This document shows positions 1-10,773 of a stretch of 19,366 nucleotides of DNA, piece by piece. The first letter of the stretch is position 1; each line of letters begins with the position of its first letter. Where the stretch lies: contig JANKJI020000004.1 of the NCBI GenBank assembly GCA_024626585.2, positions 154,707,954-154,727,319 of the forward strand. The letters run 5' to 3'. The translations under genes were made by a program, and so were the position numbers. The DNA is from Ginkgo biloba (Eukaryota > Plantae > Ginkgophyta). Below the pieces are notes generated by a model, which did no database searches, was not told the DNA's origin, and saw only the letters and a program-made list of their open reading frames with translations.

Positions 1-143
1 GCCCAAGGATAATGGTATCACAAAAATGACAATAAGAAGGAAGGTAAACTTCCTTTTCTATGAAGAGGTGATTCCATTATTATAAGAAATATGAGATATA
101 TACTTAGTGTGATGGTATTGCACACACATATATATGTGCAAAC

Positions 144-1200
144 AATGTAATTTCTAATTGTGTTAAATGTTCTCGCATCTAAGTATTTCTAGTAAATATT
201 CACAATATTAACCCTACTTTCCATTGATAAAGATCACTCATGTCACTTTTTTAATTATACTCAAATAAATTCAACCTAATTGAAACTTTATTTTAAGAAT
301 AAGATTGTCCATTTGATCGAAAGAGATTGCAATACAACTAGTAAGGGTTGAAAATAATTAAAAACTAATTGGTATTGATTAATTTTTAGTTATTTATCTT
401 TTACGAGTTGGTTGTTCTTAAAGGTGTTACAACTTTGTTTGAATTTCTCCTTTCCTAGTTGTTGGTGTGTATGTTGGTACCTATTTGAGATGATCACTTA
501 ATAAATAAATAAGTAATATTGGAGTTCAAATTTTAGGAATATTTGAGGGGTAGAGGCTAAGTTTGATATTTGAAAAACTCAAATACTGAAAGCTAAAATG
601 AAGAGTAAGTTGTCGAGTCCATGGACCTAAAAAAATTATGAGCAAATGTTAATTTAATGGGAGCAATCATCTTCCCAAAGTTTCCCATTTGAGCATTAAA
701 TATTTCCACTTAAATTAACTCATGTTATTTTTGGCATGCACTTGCACTTGCTTTGGGTGTAGATCATACTACAACATAATTCCAATAAAATATATTTTCA
801 CCAACCCCAAATCATTTTCGAATAGATCCTAACTATGTCAAAAATAGTTCCAGACATGTTCATTTTCATCCCAATAAAAAATTCCTTTGAAAACCAAACT
901 TTTCTTGTCTTGTGATGATGATGGTGAAGAACATGAATGATTTCTTATCTAAAAGGATTCATGGAGCAACTAATTAGATGAATTTTTATATATAATAAAA
1001 TAATGTAATTTGTAATTTTGTCAAATGTTCTCCCATCCAAGTATTTCTAGTATAATATTCATAATATTAAGCCTACCTTTTATTTTCATTGAGAAATATT
1101 GGTCAATTCACTTTTTCAATAATACTCAAATAGATTCTACCTAATTGAAAATATATTTTAAGAATAAGATTGCTCATTTGATCAAAAGAGATTCCAATAC
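144..1200 (+). repeat. Pair of diverged ~195-bp direct repeats (144-335 and 1002-1200)
   Basis: Colinear match by eye: aatgtaatttctaattgtgttaaatgttctcgcatctaagtatttctagt...ttttaagaataagattgtccatttgatcgaaagagattgcaatac vs aatgtaatttgtaattttgtcaaatgttctcccatccaagtatttctagt...ttttaagaataagattgctcatttgatcaaaagagattccaatac. Confidence 0.9.
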
Positions 1201-1810
1201 ACTATGTATATGTTCTACTTAAAATTTGATATGTGAACATGAAAATAGAGAACCTTAAACAAAGAACTTAGAAACATGCCATTCAAAATAATAGTAATTA
1301 TTTTTTATACATACCTTATCAACTAATTTCAAACAAGCTTGTATTAATTTGTGTAAATATGAAAACTTATACAAGGAATATCTATTGGATATTTTATTGT
1401 CTATATAATGGTATTGATATTAGTATTGGACATTAGGACTATGCCTTAATTACTAGTTAATAAAATATAGAAGTATAAAAAGGTAGATGAATGGATCACT
1501 AAAATATTTGGGAATCAAAAGTAGCTTCAATGGTATAAGTATAATTCCATTTGTTGTTAATATTTTTGGTCTCCTTCTCCACCCTTAAAATATCTTGGGT
1601 GTTTTAAATTTTCACTTTATTTCACATTCCATATTATACATATTTACAGAAGACAAGATAATGTTGCTTGATGAAATCAATATGATAGTTATTACATGCA
1701 ATTGCAAGTGAATAAGGAATGGGTTCAAGAGGGATTCCCAAATGGTTAGGTATTTTATTTCTATTATTGTCTTTTATTTTATATCATCCTTATTTCATTT
1801 TATATTTTCC

Positions 1811-1840
1811 CCTCTCTCTCTTTCACACACATACACACAC
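1811..1840. repeat. Compound (CT)n(CA)n microsatellite
   Basis: cctctctctctttcacacacatacacacac seen directly. Confidence 0.8.
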
Positions 1841-3075
1841 AAATAATATTATTAAATATATAAAAACAAACATATGTAAAATCACATAACTAAATATTAT
1901 CTATAGTAATACCATGGAAAAAAATTACTATAAAATACTATCTTCAATAAGATATATTTTAAAAAATATTTTGATCAAATAATTTTTAGGACTAAGATAA
2001 ACTATTATTATATCTTAATATAAACATATAATTAAGTATGCGTTTGTATAATCAATTACTTATTTATGCATTTAATAGGTATAACAATTTTTATATAGTA
2101 ATACTTTTAAACCATTACATAAAGGGAGAATGATTAATGAATCATTTTATTGGTTCTTTACTGTTGTTACATATTATAGGTACATATGCAAATATTATGG
2201 GATTAGTATATTTTGAATCCAAGAGGATAGATAAACATTTTGACTTTCCTATTAAGCCTTAGAGTTGTAATTAGTAACCTTATTATTGATTTGAACATGA
2301 AAAAAATATATAAAAGAATCATAGGGCCTCTTTATTTTAATTATAGATTTAGATAGAAGATTATGTACATATAACTCACTCTAAATTGGTAGTAACTACA
2401 TTTATTAATGAAGTTAAGGGATATTGAATGGATTGTATAATTTAAAAGGTTCTTGTGTAGGATTTATGCTAGTAGTATCATAATAATAATGATAACCACA
2501 AGGTTTATAGAGATTATTTAGTTATAGAGTTTATCACTTTGTTGTAACTATTGATATGCATCTTTATCCCAAAGCCTTGTATCACTCTTTAAGTAAACTA
2601 TGATATTTAATGGGTAATATTAGTTACACATTATAGTCATAACATAGTGATTATTTCATAAGCACCATGATATCCTACACTTGTAATATTAGGCAATGCA
2701 TTTTTTACCTATAATAACTTCTTGAGTACCATCATGAACTTTGTCGATAACATCCATGCATGTAAGATAAATATTGGACTAAAGATTTTGAATCATAAAT
2801 TAATAGTTGATTATTAGAAGTAATTATGAATGGGTGTATAGGTACCTGGTTATGCATTGTTGTAAGCAAAGACTAGGATTACTAATTACACATCTCCCAA
2901 CAGTGTTGGTTAGAAATAATCAAGAGATCACACAAATTGCTCGCATGAAAACAACTCGGTGCTTTATAATCGCTTGAAACAACATTTTCTTCAAATTCAA
3001 GTGTGATAGAAGGCTCAAAGATTTTGACACACCTAAGACAAAACAAGAGTTTTGAAAGCAACAACATTCAAGCTG

Positions 3076-3268
3076 TAAAAATTGAGTAAGTTTTTAGAGA
3101 ACCATAGACCCAAAGTCCAAAAAGCATGAAAGAAATTATTATGCTTCCATTCATCTCCAAGCAAAAGAAATGGAACTTAAATAAAAATTGAGTGAACTTT
3201 TCAGAGCACCCTAGACCAAAAGCAAAAACATCACAAAAGAAGTTATCAAAGCTTCCATTCATCTACAA
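3076..3268 (+). repeat. Diverged tandem duplication, period ~106 bp
   Basis: taaaaattgagt...agagaaccatagacccaaag...gcttccattcatctccaa (3076-3160) recurs as taaaaattgagt...agagcaccctagaccaaaag...gcttccattcatctacaa (3182-3268). Confidence 0.85.
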
Positions 3269-4188
3269 AAAACATGTCAAAAGTGCCTTTTTAACTGTTA
3301 AGAAGAAGAATCATCCTCAAGTGCTTACTATTGGGAAGCAGAAAAAGGTGGTTAACCAAGTACATTAACTAATTAATAACTATAGAGTAAGTAACAAACA
3401 GATGCTGCCAAGCTTTATTACCTTAATAAAATTTCCCCTATAGGCATGGGCTGAAAACATGNNNNNNNNNNNNNNNNNNNNNNNNNNNNNNNNNNNNNNN
3501 NNNNNNNNNNNNNNNNNNNNNNNNNNNNNNNNNNNNNNNNNNNNNNNNNNNNNNNNNNNNNNNNNNNNNNNNNNNNNNNNNNNNNNNNNNNNNNNNNNNN
3601 NNNNNNNNNNNNNNNNNNNNNNNNNNNNNNNNNNNNNNNNNNNNNNNNNNNNNNNNNNNNNNNNNNNNNNNNNNNNNNNNNNNNNNNNNNNNNNNNNNNN
3701 NNNNNNNNNNNNNNNNNNNNNNNNNNNNNNNNNNNNNNNNNNNNNNNNNNNNNNNNNNNNNNNNNNNNNNNNNNNNNNNNNNNNNNNNNNNNNNNNNNNN
3801 NNNNNNNNNNNNNNNNNNNNNNNNNNNNNNNNNNNNNNNNNNNNNNNNNNNNNNNNNNNNNNNNNNNNNNNNNNNNNNNNNNNNNNNNNNNNNNNNNNNN
3901 NNNNNNNNNNNNNNNNNNNNNNNNNNNNNNNNNNNNNNNNNNNNNNNNNNNNNNNNNNNNNNNNNNNNNNNNNNNNNNNNNNNNNNNNNNNNNNNNNNNN
4001 NNNNNNNNNNNNNNNNNNNNNNNNNNNNNNNNNNNNNNNNNNNNNNNNNNNNNNNNNNNNNNNNNNNNNNNNNNNNNNNNNNNNNNNNNNNNNNNNNNNN
4101 NNNNNNNNNNNNNNNNNNNNNNNNNNNNNNNNNNNNNNNNNNNNNNNNNNNNNNNNNNNNNNNNNNNNNNNNNNNNNNNNNNNNNNNN

Positions 4189-4660
4189 GTGCTTGGGTTG
4201 GTGGTGAACAGGTGACTGGGTTGGTAGCAAACGGCTCATTGGGTGGCAACGAACAGTGTACACAATTAGGCGAACAACTAACTGGGTGACAGCGAACGGC
4301 TAACTGGAGGGCGACGAACGACCAACTAGATAGTGGCAAACGATTAACCGGATGGCGGCGAACGACTCACTTGGTGGTAGCGAACAGTTGACTGGAGCAG
4401 CGAACGATTGACTCAATGTAATGAACGGTTGATTGGGTGCAATGAACAATGTGCACAGTTGGGGCGAACGATTGTTAAGGGCAGCGAATAGTGTGCACAG
4501 TTGGGGTGAACAGATATTAGGGGCAACGAACGATGCACATAGTTGGGGTGAACGGATGTCTAGGGCAGTGAACGGTGTACACAATCCCGTGAATGAACAG
4601 ATCGACAACAAACGGTCTATGTTATTCGACGAACGGTAGGTTGGCCAGCAATGAACAGTG
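4189..4660. repeat. GC-rich minisatellite, ~20-22 bp units with a GAAC core; 42-bp higher-order repeat in the right half
   Basis: GAAC-like cores (GAAC/AAAC/GAAT) at 4206, 4229, 4251, 4272, 4294, 4316, 4338, 4360, 4382, 4402, 4423, 4444, 4466, 4486, 4508, 4528, 4550, 4570. From 4444 the spacing alternates 22/20. Confidence 0.85.
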
Positions 4661-5703
4661 TACAACAGATGGTCTGTTTCCTCATTTGAAAAAGGGATCA
4701 TTACACAAAAACAGTTGATGCTCCAGAGTACCAAACTTTAAAAACGGAGACAAACCTAATAAGGTACTACAATAGAAATANNNNNNNNNNNNNNNNNNNN
4801 NNNNNNNNNNNNNNNNNNNNNNNNNNNNNNNNNNNNNNNNNNNNNNNNNNACACGGAACCAAACTCAATATGTCACAATAAAAAAAAAAAAAAAAAAAAA
4901 ATGCAATAAGAAAAAGTGAAAAACCTTAACTAACACTTTCTTGCTTACTCTTTAAAGGACGGTTTCAAATAAAGACATATGGCAGAAATCGTGTGCATTA
5001 AATATTCCAAAAGGATGGTCTGATGGAAGAAAACTCCATAACCAAAATTTCAGGAAAGCGAAGGCAACCTGATTATAAAGAGGGGCATCTGATTGTAAGA
5101 AGCGGATAAAAACAGGAATCAGCATATGCTCAGTGTATGACTTTCTTTCTAACTCTTGCCCAAACCCTTAGAACTAAAAACAATCAACAAACCATACAAC
5201 TGTCTTTATTACAATTAAAGGCTCTTCATGGCATCTGGACTCGGATGTATCATGGACCTTTTAGCCTGTAAATCTTTTGTTTCTCTAAGTTATCTATAGT
5301 CTGTCCTTGGCTACCTATCAAAGGCCCTCTCTGTTAGATGCCTGTTACCATCATCAACATTGAATCATAATGAGCAACGTTCTGTGGGGTCACCTTAAAT
5401 GGCAACACAAGAATATTATCTAGGAAAAGTGGCCTGCATTTTCTTTATTGAATCAATTAAGAAAGCAGAATTGAAATGTTTCTCTCACATTGCATATGTT
5501 TGACAAATTTTGCAGTGAGTGTAAATTTTTAGACATTACACAAACCACGAACTTTAGTAAGATAAATGGCCTCTAAATTGCATTCCAATATCAAAGTTTG
5601 ACCACCAGCTACATCTAAACTATCCACAGAAACTTGTGTTAAAGGAGCTCCAACCATGGGATGGAAAAGAACCAAGAACATCACACCCTAAATTTAGCCT
5701 TTA

Positions 5704-6124
5704 CAGCATGCCTAAAGAGGTAAATATCCCGAATCCCTACAATTTCGTCCAGGTGCCCTAGAGGTGTGTGCACCCAGTATGTCCCTGGCACCCAGTACTT
5801 AAGTACGGGATCGGGTGTGCTTGGATGCATGCATGCTGGTGCACCTCGGGTGTGCCTGTGGAGTTAATTTTTTAAAAAATTTGTTTCATGATGTATCTAG
5901 TGTGGAAAAAAGATGAAAAGAAAAGAAAAATTATATACATTTGCTGCACCCCTGAACTGTGCACTCGAATATCAAAAATACCGCATNNNNNNNNNNNNNN
6001 NNNNNNNNNNNNNNNNNNNNNNNNNNNNNNNNNNNNNNNNNNNNNNNNNNNNNNNNNNNNNNNNNNNNNNNNNNNNNNNNNNNNNNCATTCCCACGCCCG
6101 CACTCACAAGCCCTGGTAACCTTG
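5704..6124. mobile_element. Possible non-autonomous DNA transposon (hAT/MITE-like) remnant, split by a gap
   Basis: Clustered GCACCC/GGGTGTGC-type short motifs in both orientations at 5750-5990 and 6090-6110. Ends in ccctggtaaccttg (rc CAAGGTTACCAGGG), which resembles a hAT-style TIR. No convincing left TIR or 8-bp TSD found. Confidence 0.35.
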
Positions 6125-6142
6125 TTAAGTCCCTTATCTTAA

Positions 6143-6328
6143 AGTAAACACAACGAGGGTTTGATCCAATAATTAGCTGCTGGCATTTGCCAAACAGGGT
6201 TCATGGTTCATCTCGCGGGGTCATGGGATAAGCCCCTGCGCCGATGGTAGACTGAACCCAACTTCTGGGACCGAACCCGTGTCTGGAATAGTGATCTCAA
6301 TCGCCTACAGAGGCCAGCTCACCGTGAC
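6143..6328 (-). mobile_element. Possible tRNA-derived SINE-like element with internal hairpin
   Basis: Minus strand has an A-box-like TGGCCTCTGTAGG (6316-6304) and a B-box-like GGTTCGGTCCC (6277-6267) about 40 nt apart. Hairpin at 6197-6259. Imperfect flanking direct repeats tcccttatcttaa (6130-6142) and tcccttaacctag (6329-6341). No poly(A) tail. Confidence 0.3.
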
Positions 6329-8429
6329 TCCCTTAACCTAGTATTCCATTAACGGTCCTCTCTTAGACGCCTGCCTTAAGATATCATCTATGGAATGGCG
6401 GCCTGTCAATCCAACTCTGCAAAACCCAATCCGGTCAGAGTCCTACCATCAGGACAACTTCTTCATCTTCTATTCCCTTGCAGCCTGCAAAGCCAAAGCC
6501 AAGATATTGCTTGTCATAATACAAGCAAGTGTGATCCAGATATTTTTCCCTGCGACAATCATCAACCAATGCTAAGTATTTCACCCCCATGGAGTCGAGC
6601 CACTACCATACACAGCATTAAATAGACCCCAAGTCCATGGTCGGATGTACCAGACTTGAGAACAGTTTAGCTGTTCTAGGAGGTAGTCGCCAACCATTGG
6701 TATCTATAGTTCTCTTCCAGCAAAGACATATCTTTTCCCCACACAGAAGGCAGGTACACCCGGTTTGAGAACGGAGGGCTGACCACCTAGGGAGCTTGTT
6801 TTACCTTGATTCTCCTTCATTTTTTACATAAGATGTCTCCTCAAGAGGACTTATCCGCTGAAAACACCAAGCATTGTTCTCTAAAACAACGAGATCTACA
6901 ATACCCCAAATCCCTTAGAATAGCATTCTCCCTCCGACCCATGTTCAATAACAGAATATTCATCTTGTGAATCCAAGCTAATACCACCGGTTAACAATTT
7001 TCAGCTCCGAAAAGCCTTGAAAATCTTAAAAAACAAAGACAGAGAAAGGAGTCAAGACAGAAACTCTTACCTTGTTATTGCATAACAATCATCAAGCGCC
7101 CACAACAATTCCTCCCAGAAAAGATATATGGTGTAATTCTGGCGCCTGGAGTACTTACTCTCTCCAACGGAGGCTCGGAAACATATATGCAAACTAATCT
7201 GAATGAGAAGGAGGAGGAAGATGGTAGATGAGATGAGAAGAAATAAGAGCTTCTGGATATTGAGGTAGAAGTCTTCTAGCGATTAAGCAAATGATCTTCT
7301 CTTGTCGTATCTACAGTTCCAGTTAATTTTTGTTATGTTTTCGTTAAGTTACTTAGAGGTTGGAGCCAAACCAAGACAAGAAACGATTTTTTTCACACAT
7401 GTGGCTAACATTGTAGGTTATTTCCTCCACGTCTCTCCAAGTGAACCGCATGAAGTAGACCTCGCCTTCACCCGCTTTTCAAAGGGGAATTTTCACCTCT
7501 ACCACGGTTAATAAAAATGTATGTATTGTGAATAAAGTTAATGTAATAAATATAAAAATTACACTTTATTGTCCTTTGTAGAGAGGAACGTGGGATTCAA
7601 GGATTTCATGTATGTAAAAAAGTTTACCATTACTCTTTTAACCCCCTTAGTAACTATAAGCGAATTGTGAAGAGCCTAGCATGAAAATTGGGTAGTTGTG
7701 TCCTCTGAATTGTGGTTTGTAGAAGCATCTTGAGTGGTAGATCAGGGCCAAGTCCTCTGGAAGGGGACGCTTGAGAGGGTGAGAGCCCCATCAGGTCTGG
7801 ACCCTNNNNNNNNNNNNNNNNNNNNNNNNNNNNNNNNNNNNNNNNNNNNNNNNNNNNNNNNNNNNNNNNNNNNNNNNNNNNNNNNNNNNNNNNNNNNNNN
7901 NNNNNTGATGTGATAGATATTAGATTCTAAATCACCTTTAATGTATAGAATAACAAAAAGATTCTTTATAGGTTGATTGGATGGCTTCACAAAGCAGGTA
8001 CATATCGACCTCAAGGTTATGCAGTCAACACGTAAGTGGAATTTTTTAGTTTTTTGGTTTTTGGCTTGCATAATAAATATCGTATAAGTGCGTCACACTT
8101 GCATGGTATTGTGTAGGTGTGTTCCCTAAGAGTGCACACTGTCACGATGAAGAGAAAACCACACATATAAATATTGTATAGGTATTTTGTTGAACTCGAA
8201 GGCTGTATGGGCAGTACAAGATGGCAAGAGAGACTATTTTTTAAGATGAAGAATATAGAAGAAGAAGAAAGAGTATTACCCCATTTGATTGATCAAAATT
8301 ATTTTCATTGCATGTTGACAACGAATGCTCCCGCACCAAGTGGATTCATCACACCATTACCTCTTTTTTAAGGATGAAATTAACCTTCCTTTTAAAATCA
8401 AGGTTGTGGTCCTCGTATTTTCTCTTTAA

Positions 8430-8913
8430 CATTTATAGTAACTAAAATTATTTGTCTACCTTACTGATGGGAAAATAATTCATCTTTTGAGAAATAACTA
8501 GATGCATACCACTCTTGAATTTGATGATAAGGTCTTCTTTTGGATTTTCATGGGAATCTTGATCTATAAATTATGAAATTCTATCAAATATGATTGGGCA
8601 CTTTTCCCATACCCTTGCCACAACTGGGACCATTTCATTTTAAGATCTTGCTTATAGACATGAGGGTAAAATGAATATTTAATGACTTATTTAAGATCAT
8701 ACCATGTATTAATGGGATTTTTCTTTGGATCCTAATCAGTAATATAATTACAAGTCTAATAAACTTGACTTATATAAGAGCCACATTGTCTTCTTCTGAT
8801 GTCTTAGTATACTCGAACAAATTCTCCATTTCTCTAATACAAGTAGGAATTTTTTCATAATATCATAAGCCATAAAATGACTTAACATTGATCTTCATAT
8901 CCACCTTCAAACC
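8430..8913 (-). pseudogene. gag: Degenerate Ty3/gypsy gag (Retrotrans_gag-like)
   Basis: Manual translation with stops: GLKVDMKINVKSFYGL*YYEKIPTCIREMENLF...INTWYDLK*VIKYSFYPHVYKQDLKMKWSQLWQGYGKSAQSYLIEFHNL, then after a frameshift EDLIIKFKSGMH. This fits the TW..K....FYP..Y......W..L.QG...SV..Y..EF...KF..GL pattern of plant gypsy gag. Confidence 0.75.
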
Positions 8914-9287
8914 TTTATAAGGTGTTTGAAATTGAGAAGTAGAAAATCCAAGAGAAGTAAGAGTTGTTGCCAACTACTATTGTTGANNNNNNNNNNNNNN
9001 NNNNNNNNNNNNNNNNNNNNNNNNNNNNNNNNNNNNNNNNNNNNNNNNNNNNNNNNNNNNNNNNNNNNNNNNNNNNNNNNNNNNNNATTCTGTATGAACT
9101 ATGTGAACTTATCCATTTATGTTTGGCCCATATATTAGGCACCAAACTCTAGATTTCGTCTTGTATTGGGTTCCACTGAGCTGGTTTACCTCCTAGTTGA
9201 AAAGAATAAACTTGAATGATAGAAAAATAATGAACACAATATGAGAAGAAAAAGAAAAGTTTGGAGTTTTATACCTTACAAGCACTA

Positions 9288-9300
9288 GGATCTGATACTA
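9288..9300 (-). promoter_or_regulatory. Degenerate tRNA-iMet primer binding site
   Basis: Minus strand reads ...ATCA-AT-TAGTATCAGATCC, against the canonical CA-NN-TGGTATCAGAGCC (2 mismatches). It lies upstream of gag on the same strand. Confidence 0.7.
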
Positions 9301-9302
9301 AT

Positions 9303-9726
9303 TGATATAAAATCCTTGGTGTTGTAGAAAAATTATTTTAGATATGGCTATCAAGACATTTTAATGAAGCTATAATGAAAAAAATATTAAAACGGTGTAA
9401 TTTTTAGACTTGGACAACATATAGAAATTTTTTATATGTTGTCAATAAAATGACCCTAACTTTCTCATACAAACTCTATTTGCCTTAAAATTTATGTTTC
9501 CATAAAGATAATAGAAAAAAATATGTATTGAAATAAGTTTGAGCTCAAATGGAAACTATTTTTGTGAGATATTATAGTTTCAATTAGACTATACAAAATT
9601 GTCATAAATCCACTAAAATGCCAAAAAATTAAAACTTAGATGCTTTTATACTTGCATATAAAGTTTGGAATGAATACAAGCCTTATTAAGAATGTTAGAT
9701 TATAATTGAACCCTTATGTCGTATCA
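9303..9726 (-). mobile_element. Putative 5' LTR (~424 bp) of the gypsy element
   Basis: TGATA (9303) ... TATCA (9726) inverted termini, 2 nt from the PBS. The right boundary is inferred from the terminal motif only. Confidence 0.5.
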
Positions 9727-9805
9727 AATGTGTGTTTCTACCTTGACCCTCTATAGGAGAATTTCCACTTAAAAATTGAGACAACACTTTTGTTAAGTCA
9801 TTCCT

Positions 9806-10016
9806 AATGAAACATAAATTAAAAATAAAATAACTATGTTTACAAAGAAACTAAGGGAACGCACTTTAGTAATCTTAATTTAATAAAATTTTATATTTTT
9901 ATTAGAAAAGGTAAAAGCACATTACATATGCAAGAAAATAATCAATTTGCTTTAATAAGAAAGGTGCTTAAATGAAACATAAATTAAAAATAAAATAATT
10001 ATGTTTACAAAGAAAC
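9806..10016 (+). repeat. 46-bp direct repeat pair (9806-9851, 9971-10016), 1 mismatch
   Basis: aatgaaacataaattaaaaataaaataa(c/t)tatgtttacaaagaaac occurs twice, 165 bp apart. Confidence 0.9.
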
Positions 10017-10017
10017 C

Positions 10018-10329
10018 TTTTTTTTTTAAAAGGTAAGTGCATTTATATTGCAAAAATTAGGATTACAAAAAATCTCATTGTCCATCTGGGTCAGAAAGGG
10101 AACCAGACAGGGTAAGGTGAGATAAGAAGTTTTGCATTACAAAGTAGCATCTCGCTATAAAATTGCATCACCAAAAAATTCCTCGTAGGGAAGCTTCACA
10201 ATAACAAAATTACAAAGAGCCAATGGTCCTGCCTACTATATAACTATCAACATCATAGAGAAATCATAGAACACAGAGAGCCTTCTTTCAGAGGTTTAAC
10301 GGAGCAAATAAAGCAACTTCTGACCATTA
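10018..10329 (-). mobile_element. Retroposed 3' end: poly(A) tail, poly(A) signal and U-rich 3' UTR (probably of the minus-strand LINE)
   Basis: T10 at 10018-10027 on +. Minus-strand AATATAAA at 10049-10042, several TGTAA motifs, and a stem-loop at 10082-10110. Confidence 0.65.
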
Positions 10330-10773
10330 TCATTGATCCTCTTAGTCGTCTGAGGAGCCTTCTGATCCTTCCATCCATTATGTATCCATGGAACTTTCAT
10401 CCTCAGTGGATTTTTAAGCCTTCTTCATTTCATTAAGCTCCTACTTTATTTTGTCCACTTTGATTTTTATTGTTCTTAGTCTTCTATTCAGTACATACTT
10501 GCGTCTTCTGAAGAGATCCTTCAAATTGGTAAGTTTCATTGATAATTCCTTGATTTGAGTAACCAAAGATAGAATATCCCTATCTTGCTTGGCCACTTGA
10601 GACTTTAATTCTTCTATGTATTTTTCCAATTGTTTGATCTTCTGAGCATCATCCATGCTTGCTGAGGAAGATGCCATAAAAGTAAAGAGATCCGAAGGCA
10701 AGGGAATTGCATCAACAATGTGAGACTGAACTACTGCATGGGTAAAAAAGGTATTAAGGGATAGCCACTGCAT
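10330..10773 (-). pseudogene. Coiled-coil small protein ORF with basic patch and acidic tail, in the LINE 3' region (candidate extra ORF)
   Basis: 110-aa ORF 10773-10441, likely start MASSSAS at 10677. Heptad-like IKQLEKYIEELKSQVAKQDRDILSLVTQIKELSMKLTNLKDL, then RRRKYVLNRRLR. The frame continues through TAG/TAA codons as *ELNEMKKA*KSTEDESSMDT*WMEGSEGSSDD*EDQ** to 10330. Confidence 0.55.

Noticed and set aside
1480-1750. Exon-like pieces on + (KVDEWITKIFGN; YDSYYMQLQVNKEWVQEGFPN followed by GT)
   Set aside because: Short, stop-interrupted and not assignable to a family. They could be a decayed DNA-transposon gene, but this is unsupported without a search.
3380-4339. Long ORFs in the track, and other ORFs spanning N runs
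   Set aside because: Their length comes from translating assembly gaps.
4189-4660. CRISPR-like array
   Set aside because: Eukaryotic context, degenerate contiguous units without unique spacers, and no cas genes.
4300-4734. 144-aa and 68-aa repeat ORFs as real proteins
   Set aside because: Explained by the 42-bp repeat being open on both strands; no recognisable domain.
6449-6566. C/D-box snoRNA on the minus strand (TGATGA ... CTGA)
   Set aside because: No terminal stem and no recognisable rRNA guide; such boxes occur by chance.
7577-7805. Possible LTR start (TGTAGAGAGG... with GC-rich end)
   Set aside because: Cut by a gap; no matching terminus, PBS or PPT to confirm.
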